Below are positions 8,173 through 17,391 of a stretch of 21,727 nt of DNA, in pieces. The position numbers and the translations under genes were made by a program. Position 1 is the first letter of the stretch. Every line of letters begins with the position of its first letter. This DNA comes from Pseudomonadota bacterium (GTDB lineage Bacteria > Myxococcota > JACRCW01 > JAFGSX01): assembly GCA_043821645.1 (NCBI GenBank), contig JBDRCO010000117.1, positions 1 through 21,727 on the forward strand. Reading direction: 5' to 3'. Under the pieces are notes generated by a model that saw nothing but the letters and a program-made list of their open reading frames with translations, was not told the origin of the DNA and did not search any database.

Positions 8173-10224
8173 TCAACCTCTCCGGGTCGGGGCACAATTC
8201 CCGCATGGGGCGTCCTTCGCGTCGAGAGGCAGACCGCACACCTTGCAGAACAGAAGGTTGAGCTCCGAGGTCTTCGAATGCTCCAGCCACGGGCTTTCGA
8301 ACTCATTGAGATAGATCGAATGTCCGCAGAAGGAGAATGCAACCTCCCAGCCCTTGCTCGTGGCTCTGCGGAGCCTGCCGTGACGTCGTGCGTCGTCACA
8401 ACGCGGGCAGGACGAGTTGACGAGAAGGTTGGATTCGTAGACCGCCTCGGTCGCGCCGCAGACCACGGGTCTGCGCCCGGTGTTCTGGATGGACCACAGC
8501 GCCCAGTTCTGTACCCAGGGCTTGCCAGAGCTGAAGGCCTGCACCAGCTTCACGATGAGCCCTGACAGGATCCGGAGGTCGTCCTCGCCCGGCACCAGAC
8601 CGCCGTGCATGATCCTGTTCCTCAGGGCGACGATGGTGTTGAGACCGTCCCGCAGGGTCCTGTCCGAGCGGACCGGCTTGAGGTACCTCGGGAGTATGGC
8701 CTCAGGGATATCCGATGAGAGTCTCTGCAGGAGCTCGTTCATCGCCCCGAGGGTTCCCTTCTCCAGCAAGCTCTTCAGCTCCGGGCGATGAGCCTTCGTA
8801 CCGTAGGAGGTCTCCAGAGCCGTGAGGGACATGAGGCTCACGATGTCTTCAAGAAGGATCAGGCCCTCCGAGACCAGGTTCGCAGTCTTCCCACCCGAGC
8901 GCTCGAGGCGATCGAGGATGCCCTTGAAAACCGGGGAGAGCGATTGCTCCCACTCGTTCAGACACATCCCATGGCAATGCTGGAAGAATGGATGCCTCGG
9001 GATCTCGAGCGTGACCCTGTTCTTGTTGAACCAGGGGATGATCGGTTTCCCTCCAAGATCCTTCTGGGTCAGTACCCCCTGATAGCCAAAGCGCTCTGGA
9101 AAGATCGTGATCCTGGCTTCCGGAGCCAGTGCCATGCCGGTCATGGAGACGTCGGTCGGTTCGTCGTATCCCCCGATGGAGGACGTGATGGTGTTCCCGC
9201 CAGCCGGGAACTCCGAGAACACGACGAGATCGGCCGCGAACAAGGTCGCGCCCGCGAAGTGCTGCTGCCGCCAGGACAGGGTCGACCTGGCGAGTCTCAT
9301 CGCCCTGTCGATCTCGGTGGAGCAGAACGCCGCCAGATGCAGATCGCCCGAGAGCGGGGCATGCAGGCCCGAGGAGCCAGGATCACCGAGCATATCGAGG
9401 GCATGAGTGAAGGTGCCCGAGAACGGCGAACTCGACCTCAGCAGGACAAGGACGAGATAGAACTGTTCCGCGGTCCTCGATCTCGCCATCAGCAGATTGT
9501 AGAGGTCGAAGATGGCCTGCACTGCAGACTTGCTGGCGATGTGAAGATGGACCCGGCCGATGGCAATCGAGGCCCCCGGGGAGCAGACCAGTTCGTCGAT
9601 GCTCTCCCCGTTCACGAAGGTTCCTCGCTTCCTGTCGAGGTTCGTGAGTGTCATGACCCCGTTTTTGAGAACGAACTCGCAATGAGGGTTGCCAACGGAG
9701 CGATCATTGATGGTGAAGGATGACGAATTCTCGCCTGCTTCCTTCCCACGCGATACGCGAACCCGGCGAGATTCATCGAGCCTGAACAGGGCAGCCTTCT
9801 GTGGTCTCTCGAAGGCTGGGCCGAGAAGAAAGAACTGGGGCTCCGAGGAGTCGGACAGTCCATCTCGCGCGCATTGACACTGCTCGACCCACGGAGACAG
9901 TCGGTCGGCCAGTCCATCCTCGACGATGAAGATGGAGCTGCCGCCGAGAACCAGGACGTCGCCGGCTGTCACGTAGGCTCGATCGAGCCTGGCGCCCTCG
10001 AAGACGACCCCGTTGGTGGATCCCAGGTCGCGCACCTCGCAGGAATTGTCGTCGTAGTAGACAAATTCAGCGTGGCTCTTGGAGACCAGGATGTCCGAGA
10101 GCTTGATGAGAACAGTGCTGCTGCCGTCCTTTGCCGCTGGCTCCTTGCCCAGGACGACAGGCCTTCCCGGGACGATGCGGGTGCGACCGATGCCGCCGGG
10201 GACTGGGTAGAGGATGGAAAGCAT
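8173..10224 (-). CDS. Double-FHA protein with HEPN-like domain and Cys-rich C-terminus
   Basis: FHA1: VLGK...VSKSHAEF...DLGSTNGV. FHA2 (degenerate): VSRG...VGNPHCEF...GTFVNG. Then TLGAMNELL...RNRIMH (8605-8622), followed by CPRC, FCGH, CKVC, CGNC. Confidence 0.85.
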   Translation of the reverse strand: MLSILYPVPGGIGRTRIVPGRPVVLGKEPAAKDGSSTVLIKLSDILVSKSHAEFVYYDDNSCEVRDLGSTNGVVFEGARLDRAYVTAGDVLVLGGSSIFIVEDGLADRLSPWVEQCQCARDGLSDSSEPQFFLLGPAFERPQKAALFRLDESRRVRVSRGKEAGENSSSFTINDRSVGNPHCEFVLKNGVMTLTNLDRKRGTFVNGESIDELVCSPGASIAIGRVHLHIASKSAVQAIFDLYNLLMARSRTAEQFYLVLVLLRSSSPFSGTFTHALDMLGDPGSSGLHAPLSGDLHLAAFCSTEIDRAMRLARSTLSWRQQHFAGATLFAADLVVFSEFPAGGNTITSSIGGYDEPTDVSMTGMALAPEARITIFPERFGYQGVLTQKDLGGKPIIPWFNKNRVTLEIPRHPFFQHCHGMCLNEWEQSLSPVFKGILDRLERSGGKTANLVSEGLILLEDIVSLMSLTALETSYGTKAHRPELKSLLEKGTLGAMNELLQRLSSDIPEAILPRYLKPVRSDRTLRDGLNTIVALRNRIMHGGLVPGEDDLRILSGLIVKLVQAFSSGKPWVQNWALWSIQNTGRRPVVCGATEAVYESNLLVNSSCPRCDDARRHGRLRRATSKGWEVAFSFCGHSIYLNEFESPWLEHSKTSELNLLFCKVCGLPLDAKDAPCGNCAPTRRG

Positions 10225-10266
10225 GTTTCGGCTCGAACACAGCTCCCTGGAACGAGGCCCATGGCA

Positions 10267-10291
10267 CTGCTCCTGCGCCCTGCAGGAGCAG
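10267..10291. other. Perfect 10-bp-stem hairpin between the two FHA genes
   Basis: CTGCTCCTGC-gccct-GCAGGAGCAG. No U-tract, so not called as a terminator. Confidence 0.5.
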
Positions 10292-10302
10292 CACGCCAGC
10301 CA

Positions 10303-11655
10303 TCATTTCTTGAGTGACTTCCTCGTCACGCCGTCGAGGGTACTATAGATCAGGCGACCCTTCTCGTCGGGGACCACGCCGCAGGCGAGCAGGAGCTCAT
10401 GTCGCTGAGTTATCTCGGAGACCTCGCATCGAATGAAGGGACGCAGGGGAGTGGCGCGGTTCTTCCTGCCAAAGAGATAGCACCAGCCTTCGCTGAGCCT
10501 GTCCGCCGTCGTCGCATCCATGATCGGGAAATGGTCCTGGGAACCGCTGTGAAGACGCAACTTGTAGCGGATGAGAGGGTGCTCGTCCTGCTCGTCGTCG
10601 CTTGAATGCTCGAAGGATACGATCTTGGCCATACTTACCAGCCAGTTCTCCCTGATGGGAAGAAAAGCCCGGCAGAAGTCGGACCAGAGTGAGAAGATCT
10701 CACCTTCCCTGGCCTCGGCGGCCGCAGACGGGACGATGGCATGGGCCTGGATGTTTCGGTAGGGCACCAGCTCGCGACGCAGCCGCCCGGTCAGCTCTGT
10801 CTGTGCGCCCCGGGCGTCCAGGAATGCTTTCGATATTTTCGTGTAGGAGTCAGCCTCCAGCGGGAGCAGCGGAAGCAATTTCAAACAGAGCTCCAGCCAT
10901 TTTCCCATCGTGATCATGTTCGGATAGGCACCCAGGATCGCGTCAAGCCTCGCTGCGAGTCCCTCATCCGTTCGAGACCTCGCTCGTGCTCTCAGCTCTG
11001 CAATCAGGAGGAAGCAGAAGAAGGATAGACCTTTTTCAAAACCTACCAGCCATACCCTGACCTTCTGTGACGACTCGTGCTCGGCCTTTCCCAGGGTCTT
11101 GAAGGCGGCCAGTGGAGAGGGCAGCAGGTCGAGTTCGTGATTCTCGGTGGCCGTGTATTCCCGAGGAAACATGGCAGCGTTGGTCAACTCGAGGCTGTAG
11201 TTGTGACTCGCAAGCAGGATCATGTTGCCGGGTATGAGGCGTACCGGTTGCTCGGGACTCAGCCTCATTGCCTCAAGAATGGCGGAATCGTCTGGCCTCT
11301 TGCCCACGATCTCGATGTCAGTGATGAAGCTGCCGTTGCTGGAGCCCCTGTCCTCGTAAAACCAGGAGCCTGCCTTGAAGGTCAGGTAACCATGCAATCT
11401 CGATATCTTGTCGTTGCCTTCGATCCGGATCAGGCACTCACTGCCCCGGCCGACGGTGTAGAGCTTCTTCTCGTCCAGGGGAAGGTCGTTGGTCTCGGTC
11501 CCGCGTCGGACCCTGATGACTTGATTGGGCCTTTCGAAAACGCCCGTGGGATTCTCCTCCAGGGAGTCAAACGGGTTCACGTCCTTCTTGCCTGCAATGG
11601 CAGTGATGGCGCCGTCTCGCACCTCAGCGACGCCATGTGACGATCTTCTTGGCAA
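10303..11655 (-). CDS. FHA-domain protein with C-terminal HEPN-like domain
   Basis: Canonical FHA (VGRG...ISRLHG...DRGSSNGSF). Then LPSPLA...TMGKWLEL...RNIQAH (10741-10758). GAGGGG precedes the TTG start. Confidence 0.87.
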   Translation of the reverse strand: MPRRSSHGVAEVRDGAITAIAGKKDVNPFDSLEENPTGVFERPNQVIRVRRGTETNDLPLDEKKLYTVGRGSECLIRIEGNDKISRLHGYLTFKAGSWFYEDRGSSNGSFITDIEIVGKRPDDSAILEAMRLSPEQPVRLIPGNMILLASHNYSLELTNAAMFPREYTATENHELDLLPSPLAAFKTLGKAEHESSQKVRVWLVGFEKGLSFFCFLLIAELRARARSRTDEGLAARLDAILGAYPNMITMGKWLELCLKLLPLLPLEADSYTKISKAFLDARGAQTELTGRLRRELVPYRNIQAHAIVPSAAAEAREGEIFSLWSDFCRAFLPIRENWLVSMAKIVSFEHSSDDEQDEHPLIRYKLRLHSGSQDHFPIMDATTADRLSEGWCYLFGRKNRATPLRPFIRCEVSEITQRHELLLACGVVPDEKGRLIYSTLDGVTRKSLKK

Positions 11656-11801
11656 CGGCGTCCCCCCTCAGGAGACCGGTTCGCAGGCCTGGACAAGCCT
11701 TCCACTGGAAGGAATACCACGGGTGCGGGAAAGCTGCACAGAGACAACCACGACGGGATTGGTACAGGTTCGCTCCGGGTGCATTGGCCCTTCCCGCCAG
11801 G

Positions 11802-11939
11802 CTAGTTGCCCGAGCCCCGACCCTTGGTCCTGCTCCTGGAGGCCTTTCTCGAGGAACTGGCGAAGGCCTCGTCGCGGACGGTCTCCATGGAAGCGCGGCG
11901 GTCGAGCAGGAAGATGATCTCGGTCAGGTTGGCTTTTAT
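11802..11939 (-). pseudogene. vWA-domain protein remnant
   Basis: AGGAGG (11948-11953) then ATA in place of ATG. KANLTEIIFLLDRRASMETVRDEA resembles a vWA N-terminus with a decayed DxSxS; similarity seems to continue in another frame (QFLEK) and is then lost. Confidence 0.7.
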
Positions 11940-12027
11940 CCCGGTGTCCTCCTGCTGTACTGACGCGCAGGGCCACGTTCTGTGACAGGTGGGCCATCTC
12001 CCGGGCGGCCGCCCTGCTGCCAGCCTG

Positions 12028-12477
12028 TCATCGGCTCCCCGCGAGAATGGCCAGGGCAACGGCGGTGGCGACGGAAAGAGGATCTCGCGCCCTGCCCTGC
12101 TGCACCTCGCGAATCACCACATGCCCAAGGCCTGTAGCCACCCTGACGGCCTTCTCGACCTGCCGGCTGCGCGCCCGCCCGGTCTTGCACCAGGTCGCGA
12201 AGTGCTCGCAGTTGTGGAACACCAGGCTGTAGTCACGCTCACCCAGTCGGCTGCGGGCTCGCCGCAGCACGGTGTCGGGCGGGTCGGTGTCGACATGGTG
12301 AACGACCACGAAGCTGTCGCTGCCGTCGAGGAAGGTATCCAGGCTGTCGCGCCTGACACAGGCGTTGCGCTTGCGGCCGACCTCGCCGCTGTAGTGGATG
12401 ACCGTACCGTCCCCGCAGTCGATGCCGTGGTGGGTGTAGCCCAGCCTGCTCACCTTGATGTGGTCACCACGCGCCAT
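12028..12477 (-). CDS. Lecithin:retinol acyltransferase (LRAT)-family, permuted NlpC/P60 protein
   Basis: GDHI, YTHHGID, VIHY, and YSLVFHNCEHFATWC (NCEHF catalytic motif). AGGAGG upstream of ATG 12477; hydrophobic C-terminal tail. Confidence 0.9.
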   Translation of the reverse strand: MARGDHIKVSRLGYTHHGIDCGDGTVIHYSGEVGRKRNACVRRDSLDTFLDGSDSFVVVHHVDTDPPDTVLRRARSRLGERDYSLVFHNCEHFATWCKTGRARSRQVEKAVRVATGLGHVVIREVQQGRARDPLSVATAVALAILAGSR

Positions 12478-12563
12478 TCCACTCCTCCTGCTCTCCTGCC
12501 GCCCGGCCTTCCGGGTCCTGACAGGGCCCTGCCCTGCCCACCTCGGGTCTGCCTGGACAGTCC

Positions 12564-12764
12564 TCAGGCGGCCTGGGCCAGCGGATGCTCCTGGACCGCC
12601 TTGCGGCGGCGGGACAGGGCCATGGACCGGACGCAGTCGAGCGTGCTGCGGTAGCAGCGAGGGCAGAGGTCGTGCTGCCGGTCCGCCTTCCAGCGTCCCC
12701 GGTACTCGAAGCGAGCGGTGTGGCAACCACAGTGGCGGCAACGGTGCTTGCTTTGCTTCGTCAT
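12564..12764 (-). CDS. Small basic zinc-ribbon protein (66 aa)
   Basis: CRHC...LCPRCY; GGAGGG Shine-Dalgarno before ATG 12764. Confidence 0.7.
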   Translation of the reverse strand: MTKQSKHRCRHCGCHTARFEYRGRWKADRQHDLCPRCYRSTLDCVRSMALSRRRKAVQEHPLAQAA

Positions 12765-13296
12765 GGCGAGTTCCCTCCTGCTGGAAAGACGGCCCTGTTT
12801 CCCGGTTCTGACAGCGCGAGATCCTCTGGTCCTCCTGCTTCCAATATGCGTGGCGGTGGCGACGGATCGTGTCGATCTCGGGAGGGTCGGATCAGGCTCT
12901 GAAAAGTGGTGGCTGGACGGGAGGTTGGGGTGGCCCGCGAGGCCATGAAGGCTGCCGTGCGCACGAACTTCCACAAGAACTTCCGGGTTGTGGTCAAGCT
13001 GCTGCCGGCGTGAAGCGGTCCACAGCGATCCCCCGGGCAAATCGCATCAAGTGGAGAAGTGCTGAGATGTCGCATCACCAGGGGTGGTGCCTGAAAAGGG
13101 CCAGTCAGTTGGAGCGGTGCCCGGTGACGGTGGCAACATGGCTGCCTGGGGGACCGGCCCCAAAAAGGTCGAATCGATGACCTGAAGGCACTCACCAAAG
13201 CAGTCAGCCCAAGTTTCCCGCTGGAGGAGCTGTCAGAAGTGGCCCGGAGCCGCGTCTGGAGGGAGAGCGCAGGACAGCAACCCAAGGAGCACGATC

Positions 13297-13947
13297 ATGA
13301 CCAGTCCCCGAATCAATCCCGCCCTGAGCAAGATCCTCGACGAGGCCTACGCCCCCTGCCCGGGGTTCACGGGCGCATGCCAGGGAATCGCGACCTGGGC
13401 TCCGGAGCGAGGTCACGTACCCCGGGGCTTCCTCGGTGCGTTTGGCGATCTCGAGGAGGTCAAGCTCGTGCTGGTGGTGGCGGAACCTGGCAATCCGTAC
13501 CCCGGCGATAGCCACGACACGAGCGGTGGCCCGACGGCCATGGTCGAGCGGATGAGCCGCATCGTGCTCGAGCTGTACCAGCGTGGCCACGATCTGTACC
13601 ACCGCAACATGAGCTTCATCCTCGACGGGTGCTTCCCGGGCGAGAGTCTCGTCGAGCAGCTTCGAAAGGTCTGGATCACCGAGAGCTACCTGTGCTCGGC
13701 ACCCGTGGAAGGTGGTGCTGTTCCGGCCCGAGCGTGCCGCGAATGCCGCAGACGTTTCCTTGAGAGGCAGATCGCGCTGCTTCCAGGAGCTGTGGTTGCG
13801 ACCCTTGGAGGCAAGGCGGCCGCCAGGACCAAGGGCCTGAACACGGTGGCCGCCCGGGCCATCTCGCCGCCGGGCTGCAATCACAAGGGGTCCAGGGAAT
13901 CGTGGCTGGAGGTCATCCGGCTGGTGAGGGAGAGCGCCGGGAAGTGA
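13297..13947 (+). CDS. Uracil-DNA glycosylase-like superfamily protein
   Basis: PRGF...LVLVVAEPG, WITESYLC, ECRRRFLERQIALL, VVATLGGKA. AAGGAG Shine-Dalgarno. Confidence 0.75.
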   Translation: MTSPRINPALSKILDEAYAPCPGFTGACQGIATWAPERGHVPRGFLGAFGDLEEVKLVLVVAEPGNPYPGDSHDTSGGPTAMVERMSRIVLELYQRGHDLYHRNMSFILDGCFPGESLVEQLRKVWITESYLCSAPVEGGAVPARACRECRRRFLERQIALLPGAVVATLGGKAAARTKGLNTVAARAISPPGCNHKGSRESWLEVIRLVRESAGK

Positions 13948-14301
13948 CCAGGTGTGGTGCGCTGGTGGCGGTCAGGGGCAAGAGCGCGAGCGTGTACCAC
14001 CTGGGCGGAAAGAAGCGAGCCCACCAGGTTAAGTCTCAACCACCTGGCGGATGATGCCGCGAGGCGCCGCCAGGGTGCTGGTTGGCCCCGCGGCGCCAGG
14101 CGTCATCCTACACATGGTGGCAACTGGTTTTTCGGGCGTGGAGTGTATGAAGAGTGAGGATAGAGCCGTGGCCGTAAGCTACTGCGACCGATGGCGTCAT
14201 GGTGCTGTGAGACATTGAAGCAAGCTGAAAGGGAGCCCTCAGACCGAGGTCCCAGATGCGTCTGATTGTCAGGCACAGACGCCAGCACGGAAGGAGCACG
14301 C

Positions 14302-14580
14302 ATGTCTCTTCTGAACTACCGCGCCGACTTTGACGATGACGACGTCAGGCTGAGGTTGCTGGGGTACCGGACAGCTCGCCGGAAGAAGTTCCAGCGCATC
14401 GAGACGATGCTGCGGACCAAGGGGCTGAGCCTCGACGCCTCATTTGGTGCCGAGCTCGGAGAGGTCACCTTCAAGCTCGCTGCCCTCGAGGAGCTGGTGC
14501 TGGCCCTGGTCGGTCCCGTGGAGCTGGCCGACGAGGAGCAGCCAGCAGGAGAAGCGCCCGGGGAAGAGGACGTGCCCTAG
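14302..14580 (+). CDS. Hypothetical protein (92 aa, acidic tail)
   Basis: AAGGAG Shine-Dalgarno, GC-rich third codon positions. Confidence 0.7.
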   Translation: MSLLNYRADFDDDDVRLRLLGYRTARRKKFQRIETMLRTKGLSLDASFGAELGEVTFKLAALEELVLALVGPVELADEEQPAGEAPGEEDVP

Positions 14581-14630
14581 CAGAAGCGGCAGCCAGCTTT
14601 GAACACGGGAAGCTTTGAAGGGAGCAATGC

Positions 14631-14921
14631 ATGAAGTTGTCCAGGAACGCCCTGGGTCTGGTCGAAGGAAGTGAGCCGGACAGGCAGCCTGAAGCCGGTC
14701 AGGTCGAAAGCCATGGAGAGGCGCAGCAGCCGGTGGTGATGAGGGTGCAGCCGCCTGACGGGTTCTTTCCGGAGTGCATGGAAGCTGGATGGTCGTACGA
14801 GCAGTGCGTGGATCAGTGGTTGAGTCTCTGCTCGATGCTGCAGGCGGGAAAGCTCTTCACTGGTATGCCCGGGCGAAGGCCCCGACGCTTTCGAAGGGGT
14901 GGAGCGGTCGAGGAAAGCTAG
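14631..14921 (+). CDS. Hypothetical protein (96 aa)
   Basis: GAAGGGAG upstream; co-oriented with the previous ORF. Confidence 0.55.
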   Translation: MKLSRNALGLVEGSEPDRQPEAGQVESHGEAQQPVVMRVQPPDGFFPECMEAGWSYEQCVDQWLSLCSMLQAGKLFTGMPGRRPRRFRRGGAVEES

Positions 14922-15149
14922 GTGCCGGAGTTTGGTGTCCCTCCGCTGACAGAAAGATTGGTGTCAACCCTGTGGGAGCGGGGGTTGCTCGTTGAGCGAA
15001 CAATACAGAGGGCGATGCCTGGCAATAATCTTCATGGCAGAGACCTTCTGGGGACGAATGGGGGCTGAGAGAGGGTCTCTTTTTACTATACAGAGAGGCG
15101 GCGATTATAATTCGTTAAAGCCTTTAGAATGTAAGTATATGCAAATTTG

Positions 15150-15184
15150 TTGCATGACTTTAACTATTCATTATACTATTCAGC
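15150..15184 (+). promoter_or_regulatory. Promoter of the yjjJ-like gene with ACTATTCA direct repeats
   Basis: TTGCAT-N16-TATACT ending 7 nt before the ATG. ACTATTCA at 15163-15170 and 15175-15182. Confidence 0.65.
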
Positions 15185-16510
15185 ATGGCCTCCATCCGTG
15201 ACCTGCTCTCGTTTCTCGCCGGGCGTGAGCCCGTGGCGTCGCTGGAGATCCAGCATGCCCTGGGGGTGAGCCAGGCCACCGCATCCCGCCTGATCACGCA
15301 AGCTGGCGAGCAGGTGCTGCGACTCGGGAGAGGAAGGACAACGCGCTACGCGGCCGTGCTCGACCTGCACGGTGCCGGGATGGCCGTGCCCCTGTTCTCC
15401 GTCGACAGGAGAGGTGTGGCGACCGAACTGGGAGAGCTGCGCAGGCTGGGAGGTGGGCAGTACCTGCTCGAAGGTCAGGACCTGCCCTCGTGGCTGCTGG
15501 GACATGAGGGTACTGGCCTGTACCCCTCCCTGCCCTACTTTCTCGACGAGCTGAGGCCCAGCGGCTTCGTGGGGCGCTTGAAAGCCAGGGCCCTGTCGGC
15601 CGAGTGGGACTTCCCGCAGGACCCCAGGACCTGGGCCGAGCAGCACGTCGTGCAGTATCTGGTGAGGAGAGGACACGACGAGCCGGGAAACCTGATCCTG
15701 GGTCGGGCGGCCGTCGACGTTGCTCAGCGATCCGATGGCACAGCCGTTACCGACCGAGAGCTGGAGTACCCGCTCCTCGCAGGCAAGGTGCTCGGGGATC
15801 AGCTCGTGGGATCCTCTGCGGCCGGAGAGCAGCCCAAGTTCCTGGTGTGGCTGAAGGACACCGGACATGTGATCGTGAAGTTTTCCCCGGCCGGCAGTGG
15901 CGACGAGGCCAGACGGTGGCGCGATCTGTTGCGCGCCGAGGCGCTGGCACAGCACGCGCTTCAGGTACAAGGCATCCCGGCAGCCACGGCGACCATCCAC
16001 GAGCATGAAGGCCGTGTCTTTCTCGAAAGCCCCCGCTTCGATCGCCAGGGCAAGCGCGGGCGCCTGCCAAGCCTATCCCTTGCCAGCGTCGATGCGGAGT
16101 TCGCCGGGGTCGGTCTGGGCTGGTCGCGCACCGCCGCCGCCATTCACCAGCGCGGCCTTCTCGACGAGGCCTCGCTCGACCAGATCTCGTGGGCCGAGCT
16201 GTTCGGTACGTGGACAGGCAACTCCGACATGCACCTGGGCAACGTGAGCTTGAGACCCGCTGCGGAGGGGTTCACGCTGGCGCCCCTGTACGACATGCTG
16301 CCGATGAGCCTTGCGCCGAATCGCGGCGAATTGCCCTCCCCGAGCTTCACGCCGCCGCTGCGACCGGCACGGCGCTCGGAGCAGTGGGATGCGACCGGAA
16401 AGGCTGCTGAAGGCTACTGGCGGGAGCTCGCCGACGACGCCTCGCTCGACCAGAGCTTGCGACGACAGGCTGAAATGCGGGCAGAAAGAATCTCGCAGCT
16501 ACTGGGCTAG
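15185..16510 (+). CDS. yjjJ: YjjJ-type HipA-family kinase with N-terminal HTH
   Basis: HTH LGVSQATASRLI...GRGRTTRYA; LRPSGFVGR, GSSAAGEQPKF, VIVKFS, RWRDLL, RFDR, GNSDMHLGN, LAPLYDMLPM. Confidence 0.9.
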   Translation: MASIRDLLSFLAGREPVASLEIQHALGVSQATASRLITQAGEQVLRLGRGRTTRYAAVLDLHGAGMAVPLFSVDRRGVATELGELRRLGGGQYLLEGQDLPSWLLGHEGTGLYPSLPYFLDELRPSGFVGRLKARALSAEWDFPQDPRTWAEQHVVQYLVRRGHDEPGNLILGRAAVDVAQRSDGTAVTDRELEYPLLAGKVLGDQLVGSSAAGEQPKFLVWLKDTGHVIVKFSPAGSGDEARRWRDLLRAEALAQHALQVQGIPAATATIHEHEGRVFLESPRFDRQGKRGRLPSLSLASVDAEFAGVGLGWSRTAAAIHQRGLLDEASLDQISWAELFGTWTGNSDMHLGNVSLRPAAEGFTLAPLYDMLPMSLAPNRGELPSPSFTPPLRPARRSEQWDATGKAAEGYWRELADDASLDQSLRRQAEMRAERISQLLG

Positions 16511-16551
16511 CCCGGATTCATCACGAGCTCACACCGAAACCTTGCGGCGGC

Positions 16552-17358
16552 TCAGAGGGGGACGGGGGTTGAGGTCGGGCTGCGGCCGTCCCAGGAGACG
16601 AAGCCCCTGTTGTTCTCGTCGCGGTTTGAAAGGGTTGGCAGACCGATACGGGTCAGCCTGTAGCCGGTCTTGGGGGTGGTCTCGATGCCGTGGCTGTAGC
16701 GGTGGTTGTGGCCGTGGATGAAGGTGTCGACCTTGAAGGGCACCAGGAGCCTCTCCTCGAGCCTGCGGCGGCGATCCAGGCTCGAGTGCCTGGGGTCTTC
16801 CCACAGGCTCCTGTGGGTCACCAGGTGCAGCCTGCGTGAGCCACGGTCGAGCCCCTCAAGCACGCCACACACCCAGTCGAGCTGCTCGCTGGTGATGCGC
16901 TTGCCACCCTTGAAGCCAGCGTAGGCGGCCTTGCCTCGGTGCGTGCTGCGAAGGGCCATAAACAGTTCGCTGCCAGTGTCGATGACGAGGTCGAAGTCAT
17001 TGTGGGCGATGACCTCGGGCTGGTGGCGCACCTTTTCGAGGATGGCCTCGAAGCGCTTGCGGCCGCTCTTGCCGACGAGAGGAAGGTGCTCGCCGGTCAC
17101 GCCGAAGTCGTGGTTGCCAGGGGTCAGCACGATCAGGGCGCCACGGTCGAGGAGAGCATCCACGAAGTCGGACGCGACCTCGTACTCCTCCTCAGTGGGG
17201 TGCTGGACCAGGTCGCCGGCGATGACCACGACGCGGTCCTTCGGATCGCTGCGGTGGTCGTAGGCGTCGAGGATTGCTTGCCAGAGCCTCTGTTCGGAGC
17301 GGGCGACGTGGATGTCGGAGACGAGGAGCATGGGAAACCTCCAGGACATCAGGAACAC
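16552..17358 (-). CDS. Calcineurin-like metallophosphoesterase
   Basis: SDIH, AGDL, PGNHD, THRS, HGHNH. Exact start uncertain (17358 GTG, 17349 ATG or 17331 ATG). Confidence 0.88.
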   Translation of the reverse strand: MFLMSWRFPMLLVSDIHVARSEQRLWQAILDAYDHRSDPKDRVVVIAGDLVQHPTEEEYEVASDFVDALLDRGALIVLTPGNHDFGVTGEHLPLVGKSGRKRFEAILEKVRHQPEVIAHNDFDLVIDTGSELFMALRSTHRGKAAYAGFKGGKRITSEQLDWVCGVLEGLDRGSRRLHLVTHRSLWEDPRHSSLDRRRRLEERLLVPFKVDTFIHGHNHRYSHGIETTPKTGYRLTRIGLPTLSNRDENNRGFVSWDGRSPTSTPVPL

Positions 17359-17391
17359 CGGACAGGGGCACCGGCAACAGCGGCTTCCAGG

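Noticed and set aside
12900-13200. Possible c-di-GMP riboswitch (GGGCAAA) or small ORF MKAAVRTNFHKNF
   Set aside because: Lacks the GNRA stem and GACGCAAAG elements of the riboswitch. The ORF is 22 aa with no recognisable homology.
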